DNA from: an uncultured Candidatus Saccharibacteria bacterium
GTDB taxonomy: Bacteria > Patescibacteriota > Andersenbacteria > UBA10190
Assembly: GCA_964610055.1 (NCBI GenBank)
Contig: CAZSUC010000001.1
Coordinates: 216,867 to 280,866, forward strand
Direction: 5' to 3'
DNA: 64,000 nt
How positions within the stretch are numbered: position 1 is the stretch's first letter; every line of letters starts with the position of its first letter. The notes beneath the pieces were generated by a model, which was not told the origin of the DNA, did no database searches, and was given only the letters and a program-made list of their open reading frames with translations. This document shows, piece by piece, positions 57,103 to 64,000 of this stretch. A program made the translations under genes and the position numbers.

Positions 57103-59394
57103 ATGTTTTCCCTCATTGCCTTTCTAAGCACTACGCTTATTAATTTAACTTTAGCAACGCTGGTTATTCGCCGTAACCCACGTAGTGCGACTCATCGTTT
57201 TTTTAGTGCTCTTACTTTTTCTTTTGCCATCTGGGCAACTGCTAACTACATTTCTTTTACAACTTCAAATCCAATTATTTCCTTATGGATGGTAAGACTA
57301 GTAATGGCATCCGCTATTGCCCAGTCTTATTTTTTTATGCTATTGCTGGGAACATTTCCAAAATCATCTTTATCGGTTAACAAGATATTCTTAACTTGTA
57401 TTACTGCTTTGGCTGCATTAGCTTTTGTGGTTTGCCTCTCTCCTTTGCTCATTGATTACGTGCAATTAGGAGTAAAGGCCACTCCTGTAACACACTATAG
57501 TTTTGGCATGGCTCTGTTTTTACCGACTGCCTTTGGTTGTCTTGGTACTGGAGTGATATGGATCATTCGCCGAAATCTCAAAGCTGAATCTATAGAAAAA
57601 GTTCAACAACGATATTTAATTGCTGGATTACTGATTACTTTTTCTTTGTTTGTAGGTTTAGCTTTAATTCCAACTATTGCATTCAACAATACATCGTTTA
57701 TACCCCAAGCCCCGTTATTTACAGTCCCATTTGCTATTTTAACAGCCTACGCAATATACAAGCATCGTCTTATGGATGTTCGTTTAGCTCTCGCCAGAAG
57801 CCTTTCCTTCTCTTTTCTTGTTGGTAGTTTTCTTGTTGTTTACGGTCTCATATTTATTTTTGCTGTTCCTATACTATCTGATATCTTAGGTGTTCAAGAA
57901 GGAATTATTGCTGCTGTCGGTGCTCTGTTTAGCATTCCTATCGCTCGTTGGATTAGGGGTATCTTGCGTCGTGTTACTGACCGCTTTCTTTTTCAGCAGC
58001 AAGCTAATTACAGAATAGCCCTAGTAAGTATTAGTCGTATTTTATCCGGAACTATTAACATTGAAGAAGTTACAGATACTCTTCTTAATGCTGCTTCTCA
58101 GGTTATTCGATCCCAAAAAACAATTATTTTTCTTCGCGATAAAGATGGTCAACATTACCAGCCACGCGCTGCTAGTCGCAGTACACGCTTAAATACTGTT
58201 ATTAATCTTGATCATCCTTTAATTCGTCATCTTCAACATTCAATAAGTCCAGTCGTCAAAGACGAAATATCAGTGATGCACGAACAAACAAATCAGCCTA
58301 GTCGTATTCAAGAGTTAGAATCTGTTCAAAAAGCCATGGAATGGTTAGATGCTTTCGTGCTCGTACCATTATTCGTTGATAAAGAATTAACAGGATTTAT
58401 CCTCTTAGGTGAAAAACTCACCGGAGAACCTTATTCTAACGACGACATCGAATTCTTAGCCGCCCTTGCCCCTCAGGCTGCTACCACTCTTGAAAATGCT
58501 CGCCTCTATAAAGAATCCTTGGAATTCGGCAAGAAACTGCAAGAAGAAGTTGATGCCGCCACCAAAGAACTCAAATTTGCTAATGAACAGCTCAAACAGA
58601 TTGATCAGGCTAAAAGCGAGTTCCTAAGTATCGCCAGTCATCAGCTATACACGCCTCTAACCGCTATCCGTGGCTACCTTTCCATGTTGTTAGAAGGGGA
58701 CTTTGGTAAAATCTCCAAAGAACAACAGCCTATTATCGACATTCTGATGCAAAGTGCAATGCGCCTCATTGAGCTTATTAAAAGCCTGTTGGATGTTTCG
58801 CGCATTGAAAGCGGTCGGTTAGAGCTCAAGTTAACCTCGGTTGATTTTGTGGAAATGGCGCGTAATATGGTTCAAAATCTCATGCCTAATGCGCAGGCCA
58901 AGAAATTAAACCTATCTTTCCATGAGCCGTCCAAAAAAGTTACTCATGTTGTCGCTGATTCCGAGCGCATCCGTCAGGTCGTCTTAAACTTCATCGATAA
59001 TGCCATTAAATACACTGATAAAGGTCAAGTTGATGTCTATGTTAAGCCATCAGGTGACAACATTGTTTTTGAAGTAACTGATACTGGAAAAGGTATTACT
59101 GAAGAAGACATTCGCAAACTGTTCAACAAATTTAGTCGGGTTGGTGGGTCAGATAAATACCATACTGAAGGAACTGGTCTTGGTCTCTACGTCGCTAAAC
59201 AAATCGTTAACGAGCATCACGGCGATATTGAGGTTTCCAGTCCCGGTACAGGCAAGGGGAGCACTTTCACTATTCGTCTTCCTGCCGAAGGGTCACCACA
59301 AAGCCTAAAATTGGATCCTAATGCTGAATTCACCATTAAAAAAGCTGATCCGCATCCAGAACCAGTTGAAAACTCGCCATCCCCTCAAACCTAA
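57103..59394 (+). CDS. sensor histidine kinase with N-terminal 7TM region and GAF domain
   Basis: About 7 TM helices, a GAF-like middle region, HisKA H-box (SIASHQLYTPLTAIRGYLSML) and HATPase_c (DNAIKYT; DTGKGI; GTGLGLYVAKQIV). No adjacent response regulator. Confidence 0.85.
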   Translation: MFSLIAFLSTTLINLTLATLVIRRNPRSATHRFFSALTFSFAIWATANYISFTTSNPIISLWMVRLVMASAIAQSYFFMLLLGTFPKSSLSVNKIFLTCITALAALAFVVCLSPLLIDYVQLGVKATPVTHYSFGMALFLPTAFGCLGTGVIWIIRRNLKAESIEKVQQRYLIAGLLITFSLFVGLALIPTIAFNNTSFIPQAPLFTVPFAILTAYAIYKHRLMDVRLALARSLSFSFLVGSFLVVYGLIFIFAVPILSDILGVQEGIIAAVGALFSIPIARWIRGILRRVTDRFLFQQQANYRIALVSISRILSGTINIEEVTDTLLNAASQVIRSQKTIIFLRDKDGQHYQPRAASRSTRLNTVINLDHPLIRHLQHSISPVVKDEISVMHEQTNQPSRIQELESVQKAMEWLDAFVLVPLFVDKELTGFILLGEKLTGEPYSNDDIEFLAALAPQAATTLENARLYKESLEFGKKLQEEVDAATKELKFANEQLKQIDQAKSEFLSIASHQLYTPLTAIRGYLSMLLEGDFGKISKEQQPIIDILMQSAMRLIELIKSLLDVSRIESGRLELKLTSVDFVEMARNMVQNLMPNAQAKKLNLSFHEPSKKVTHVVADSERIRQVVLNFIDNAIKYTDKGQVDVYVKPSGDNIVFEVTDTGKGITEEDIRKLFNKFSRVGGSDKYHTEGTGLGLYVAKQIVNEHHGDIEVSSPGTGKGSTFTIRLPAEGSPQSLKLDPNAEFTIKKADPHPEPVENSPSPQT

Positions 59395-59421
59395 CGACAT
59401 CAGCGATCTCGGCGAACCTAT

Positions 59422-60477
59422 TTGCCAAGCTTTATGTTCTTAAAAAAAATCCCATTTCAAAATATCCAAATTGAGCCCGGAGGAGTGCTCTTAACAGCTG
59501 ATTCTACAAGCCAACTAGAGCAAGAGGGAATTTTTAATCCTGCTGTAGCGGGCGACATTCTGCTGTACCGCGCCGCTGGGCCAAATAATTTTTCTCGTAT
59601 TTTAGCCGCTCAACTCTCATATAATTCTTTACGAAACGATTGTAATGCCACGCGTCTTAATCAAGTCATTTTAAAACCAGAAACATCCTATGAGCTCATG
59701 TCAGATGGATCAGGTGGTGTAGAAGATCCTCGTATTACTCAGTTAGCAGACGGAAACAAAGTCATGTTTTATACTGCCTTTGGACTACAACCTCACACAC
59801 ATATTCAAGCTCCTAGTATCGCTGTTGCTGTCTCAAACAACGGTCTTAGTTGGCAACGCCTTGGTCCTGTCACTTTTAGTCTTCTCAAGTGGCATGGTCA
59901 ATCATTTGATTTTAACAAAGTTCCCAATAAAGACGCTGTTCTTTTTAGTCGCAAAATTAACGGACGCTATGCCATGTATCATCGTCCTATGTTTAGTCAA
60001 GCTGAAGCCGATAAATTACAAGTTCCATGTCGTGGTATCTGGTATGCCGAAGCTGACTCTCTGACTGGACCATGGGGAAATCATGCTTTGGTAACTGGTC
60101 CAAACAATAGCTGGGAAACTAACGGTGTCGGTGCTGGTGTACCGCCGATTTTGATTAAAAACTCATGGCTTCACATATATCATGGTTTTATTTATGACGG
60201 TCATCACAAGCATTACAATGCCGGAGTCTTCATGACTCCAAAAAATCATCCCCAAAAAATCAGTTGGCGAAAAGCCGAGCCAATTTTAGAACCAATTGTA
60301 TTTAATGAAAATTACAACGTTGATAAACATATTGTTTTTTCTACTGCTGCTTGGCGGTCTCCTGAGGGTCATATTCTAATTTTTTGGGGCAGAGAAGATC
60401 GTATGATTATGTGGGGATACCTAAAGATAGCTACTAAACAACCAAACTTTCTTGCCAAACTCGAGCTGCCTGCTTAA
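59422..60477 (+). CDS. GH130/DUF377-like glycosidase or glycoside phosphorylase (5-bladed beta-propeller)
   Basis: IFNPAV...LLYRA, EDPRITQLADGNKVMFYTAF and later Asp/Glu-containing blocks resemble the GH130 family. Assignment is from memory of family motifs. Confidence 0.5.
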   Translation: MPSFMFLKKIPFQNIQIEPGGVLLTADSTSQLEQEGIFNPAVAGDILLYRAAGPNNFSRILAAQLSYNSLRNDCNATRLNQVILKPETSYELMSDGSGGVEDPRITQLADGNKVMFYTAFGLQPHTHIQAPSIAVAVSNNGLSWQRLGPVTFSLLKWHGQSFDFNKVPNKDAVLFSRKINGRYAMYHRPMFSQAEADKLQVPCRGIWYAEADSLTGPWGNHALVTGPNNSWETNGVGAGVPPILIKNSWLHIYHGFIYDGHHKHYNAGVFMTPKNHPQKISWRKAEPILEPIVFNENYNVDKHIVFSTAAWRSPEGHILIFWGREDRMIMWGYLKIATKQPNFLAKLELPA

Positions 60478-61549
60478 CCGATGCCGGTGCTAATTGAAAA
60501 AATATTTCAGTTAATAAATACGCTAAAGTAGATTCTGCGCCACAATTCAAATTCACACCGTCCGCATTTAAACCATCGTGACAAGCACCGTTATTTTCTC
60601 TTAATGCCAAGCCTAAAGAATTACGTCCCCAAAACCACAAATAAGGAGCACTAATAATTTCAGGAGATAAAACATTGGCTACAATTTCATCGTATGCTAA
60701 TAACAATTCAAACATTAAAGCTGCGTCCAGAGGCTGTTGGTCGTACATAGATAATTTTTGCCCTCTCGCATACCACCCTTTATTTCCAACAGGCTGAAAA
60801 AATCGTGGCTTTATGGTCGTTTTAATTAAAAAAGGTAATGTTGCTAGTAAGATTTCTTGGCTTTCCTGATCGTTTGGAAAAGCCTGATTGTAGGCCAACA
60901 CAGCGTGAGGAAATAAAGCGTTTGCATATGTCATTCTTTGCTCAAACCATGGCCAGTCCTTTTGCTTATTTTTCTTAAAATGACCCAGTAAAATTTTGTA
61001 TAAAGACTGCATTACTTCTTGGCCATCTTGATGATTCCATTCATGTAAAGCTAAAATTGTTTCCGCAGCACTTCTTGGATGTTCCAATTTTCCCAACCGA
61101 GGTAATAGCTTCCTCATCATCATCTGCGCCTCATTTTTTATCTCCAAATTATCTTCATATTTAATTACTGTGCCCAAAGCTCGTGCTGCGTGTGAATGTG
61201 TTTCTTCTGTTCCGATATCATCAAGCCATTTTCCTTTTACATCTCGAAAATTTTTAAATGATCCATCCTGATTCTGTGCTTCTTTTAAAAATTGCCAGTA
61301 CAATTTTTTATTTTGTTTAAACTCCTCGTCTTCTTTATTCCATTGCCTTAATGCACATAATCTGATTGCACGACTATTGTCATCCGTGCAATATCCTTCT
61401 GATAAATTTGGTTCAAATCCATGCGCGTGCTGATACAACCCATATGGGCCGGTCAATTTCTTCATATAACTCCATGAAACAGCTTGCATAAATGTTGACT
61501 TAATAGTATTATTTCTCCCGTCTGTCAAGGTAAGTAATTCCGTATACAT
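60434..61549 (-). CDS. hypothetical protein, possibly (alpha/alpha)6-toroid glycoside hydrolase-like
   Basis: 371 aa ORF with Trp-rich, helix-rich composition, convergent with the GH130-like gene (44 bp 3' overlap). The function guess is weak. Confidence 0.35.
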   Translation of the reverse strand: MYTELLTLTDGRNNTIKSTFMQAVSWSYMKKLTGPYGLYQHAHGFEPNLSEGYCTDDNSRAIRLCALRQWNKEDEEFKQNKKLYWQFLKEAQNQDGSFKNFRDVKGKWLDDIGTEETHSHAARALGTVIKYEDNLEIKNEAQMMMRKLLPRLGKLEHPRSAAETILALHEWNHQDGQEVMQSLYKILLGHFKKNKQKDWPWFEQRMTYANALFPHAVLAYNQAFPNDQESQEILLATLPFLIKTTIKPRFFQPVGNKGWYARGQKLSMYDQQPLDAALMFELLLAYDEIVANVLSPEIISAPYLWFWGRNSLGLALRENNGACHDGLNADGVNLNCGAESTLAYLLTEIFFQLAPASVKQAARVWQESLVV

Positions 61550-61595
61550 ATTATATTCTCGAGTTCATTGATTCGTATACCGCAACAGGCACTAT

Positions 61596-62693
61596 ATGAA
61601 GATTCTCCTGCTAACCGCAGAACATGGTTTTGGATTTATAAATCAAGCCGATGCACTCGCAAAAGGGTTGAATCGTATTGGTGTCGTTTGTCACATTGAA
61701 AAAATTCATCAAAATAAACTTGATCAAGCAAAATTAGTTAAATATCATCCCGATTTTATTATCAGCATTGGTGATTGGCATGATGTTAATCTTTTATTGC
61801 AAACGCCTTTGCAAGCTGGTTTTCCCGTGATCCCTTGGCTTGTCGCTGACGATAAAGCCGATGAGTGGGTTTCTGCATACAATCAAATTCCATTAGTTCT
61901 ATCAACCAGTGAACACGTTAAACAGACACTCATCGCCGGTGGTATCAAATCAAGTCTTATAGATGTTTTGCCGGAAGCGGTTGATGATTCAATTTGGAAA
62001 TCATGGCCCGACCAAAAACGCCAAGACTTCCTGCAATTAATTTCAGTTTCACGTCCTGATTTAGACCTTTTGCCTCGTTTAGATTTAGAACGAGCTATCC
62101 AAGAACATATTCCAATTATTTTTACGACTGGTGGCTATGCAACCGCCAAAGGCGCTCAAGAAGTTATGCGCGCCTTAGCTGAAATTGATCAACTTCCCTG
62201 GATTTACATTATTAAAACTTGGCCTTCTACCGAAGGATTCCGTCACTGTGCCGAGGAAATGGCTTTAGCTGACGAATTAGGTATTAGTAATCAAGTTAGG
62301 TACATAGTAGGAGAGTTTGCTCATGACTTTATTGTCGGTTTAATTAGCATTTGTGATATTTATGCCGCTCCTTCTCGTCATGAAGGCTTTGGGTTACCTC
62401 TAGTTGAAGCTCAAATGTGCGGTAAACCAGTTGTTAGCGTAGCCGCCACGGCTGTTCAAGAAACAGTCATTCATGGTCAAACCGGATGGTTAGCAAAAGT
62501 AGATCCAGATGCACACGATACTCGTGCTCATGTTGGCGATTTATCAGATTATCTAAAACGCTTGATTTCAAATAAAGCAGAGCGTGAATCAATGGGTAAA
62601 AAAGCTGCTCAACATGCTTACGCTAATTATCGTCCCGAAGTTATCGCAAAACGTTTGTTAGAAATTATTGCAACAAAGTATCCTCGTTTATGA
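61596..62693 (+). CDS. glycosyltransferase family 4 (GT-B fold)
   Basis: C-terminal EGFGLPLVEAQMCGKPVV (E-x7-E motif region) typical of GT4/GT1. Confidence 0.8.
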   Translation: MKILLLTAEHGFGFINQADALAKGLNRIGVVCHIEKIHQNKLDQAKLVKYHPDFIISIGDWHDVNLLLQTPLQAGFPVIPWLVADDKADEWVSAYNQIPLVLSTSEHVKQTLIAGGIKSSLIDVLPEAVDDSIWKSWPDQKRQDFLQLISVSRPDLDLLPRLDLERAIQEHIPIIFTTGGYATAKGAQEVMRALAEIDQLPWIYIIKTWPSTEGFRHCAEEMALADELGISNQVRYIVGEFAHDFIVGLISICDIYAAPSRHEGFGLPLVEAQMCGKPVVSVAATAVQETVIHGQTGWLAKVDPDAHDTRAHVGDLSDYLKRLISNKAERESMGKKAAQHAYANYRPEVIAKRLLEIIATKYPRL

Positions 62694-63928
62694 ATCGAAC
62701 ATACGCTCAAATTCTCGAAAAACAACAAGAACCCATTAACGCTATTTATATTTCGTCATATATACCTCGCAAATGTGGTATAGCCACTTATACAAAAGAT
62801 CTAACCAATGCTATTAATTTATTAAATTCACGTTCATTATCAGAAATTCTTGTTATTCATCATTCAGGACAAGAAGCAGATTATCCTTGGGAGGCAAAAT
62901 TTAAGATAGATGATGATAATTTAGCTTCTTATTTAGATGCCGCAAGTTATATTAACAAATCTCATGCCGATATTGTTTCGTTGCAATTAGAATTTGGATT
63001 ATTTGGTGGTGATGGTGGTGAGTATATCGTGCCTTTAGTCGAAGCACTTGATCTTCCTTTGGTTACAACTTTACATACTGTTATTAAAGATCCTGATAGC
63101 AATTATGGGCGAGTGCTCGCTAGGGTCGCAGCACATTCTGAAGCTATCATTGTTATGATGGAAAAAGTCGCTGATCATCTTATTAATACTTTCCATGTTT
63201 CACCAAATAAAATAGTTGTTATACCTCACGGTGTTCCTGATCTACCTTTTAACGCAACCAATATCCACAAACGCAAACGCCATCTTGAAAACCGTTTCGT
63301 AATTGGCAACATAAATCTATTATCTCCTAATAAAGGCATTGAATATGCCCTTGAAGCTACTGCTTTATTGACTCAGGAAATTCCGGAAATACTTTATTGC
63401 GTTATTGGTCAAACTCACCCCTTATTACTCAAACATGAAGGCGAAAAATATCGTAATTTTTTAAAAAAACGTGTTCGCGAATTAGGTATTCAAAACAATG
63501 TAAAATTTGTTAATGAGTATTTGTCATTATCAGCTCTAACCGATTGGCTCAAAACTTTTGATGTTTATGTCACACCGTATCTTGATCCACAACAAGTTAC
63601 TTCTGGGGCGCTAGCTTATGCTATTGGTGCTGGCAAAGCTTGTGTTTCCACCCCCTATATTTATGCTCAAGAAGTTTTAGCTGACAATCGGGGAGTGATC
63701 GTGCCATTTCGCGATCCTAAAGCTATCGCAAATGCAATCACACGGTTATATCATGACCAAAACAAAAAAATATCTTTGGAGAAAAAAGCTTATGAATACG
63801 GTCGTCTTATGACTTGGCCTAATGTTGCTCAAAGCTATCTTCAGCTTTTCCGTAGTGTTTTGCAGCATCGTCAGATACAATCTGTTGATATGCCTGTAAA
63901 TAATCCTGAGCCATCCGTGCCGCTGTAA
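62690..63928 (+). CDS. glycosyltransferase family 4 (GT-B fold)
   Basis: GT4-like N-terminal and C-terminal domains (…YVTPYLDPQQVTSGALAYAIGAGKACVST…). Overlaps the previous GT4 gene by 4 bp (translational coupling). The 3' ~100 bp is also open on the opposite strand (see rejected list). Confidence 0.7.
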   Translation: MNRTYAQILEKQQEPINAIYISSYIPRKCGIATYTKDLTNAINLLNSRSLSEILVIHHSGQEADYPWEAKFKIDDDNLASYLDAASYINKSHADIVSLQLEFGLFGGDGGEYIVPLVEALDLPLVTTLHTVIKDPDSNYGRVLARVAAHSEAIIVMMEKVADHLINTFHVSPNKIVVIPHGVPDLPFNATNIHKRKRHLENRFVIGNINLLSPNKGIEYALEATALLTQEIPEILYCVIGQTHPLLLKHEGEKYRNFLKKRVRELGIQNNVKFVNEYLSLSALTDWLKTFDVYVTPYLDPQQVTSGALAYAIGAGKACVSTPYIYAQEVLADNRGVIVPFRDPKAIANAITRLYHDQNKKISLEKKAYEYGRLMTWPNVAQSYLQLFRSVLQHRQIQSVDMPVNNPEPSVPL

Positions 63929-64000
63929 ATCTTTCTTCTACTTCGCGTCTACAAGCATAACGGTCAATCTGCTCTATCTGCTTCACAGCTTGAATCACTT

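Overview
This window is a 64 kb, moderately AT-rich (roughly low-40s % GC by eye) bacterial chromosomal segment. It is densely packed with housekeeping genes and has few Shine-Dalgarno sites: ClpC-type AAA+ chaperone, XerC/D recombinase, rpsO followed by an NYN-domain gene and then pnp, LspA, ComM/YifB, RecG, Mpg glycosylase, TsaD, ValS, MetG, RfbB, PyrD, MurI and an aminotransferase. There are five tRNAs: Leu-TAG, Arg-TCT, His-GTG, Arg-TCG and Glu-TTC. There are six NUDIX hydrolases plus one MazG, four of the NUDIX genes and the MazG gene packed into about 3 kb. At the right end is a glycan-related locus with a PaaK/CapK-like ligase, a 7TM-GAF histidine kinase, a GH130-like protein and two GT4 glycosyltransferases. 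The gene content (small structural proteins, NUDIX expansion, a DUF46 CarS-like membrane protein, a histone-H1-like basic peptide) suggests a reduced-genome, possibly Patescibacteria/Saccharibacteria-like lineage; this is inference only. The main find is a compositionally distinct, higher-GC island at about 50.3-55.45 kb on the minus strand. It encodes a compact five-gene operon: a SagB-type FMN dehydrogenase, a YcaO cyclodehydratase with a ~230 aa N-terminal extension, a 60-aa precursor peptide, an HExxH metallopeptidase and a small membrane protein. The precursor has a microcin-B17-like Gly/Ser/Cys/Asn core built from a perfect 33-nt tandem repeat. A partial terminator follows the precursor gene, an operon terminator closes the cluster, and a degraded IS30-family transposase flanks it. 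I interpret this as a previously undescribed linear azol(in)e-containing peptide (TOMM/LAP, microcin B17-like) biosynthetic cluster, probably horizontally acquired. Other items: a ~400-nt highly structured candidate ncRNA (possibly rnpB) at 18.1-18.5 kb, a small lysine-rich histone-like gene absent from the ORF track, a duplicated terminator element, and a second high-GC islet at 41.6-42.3 kb.
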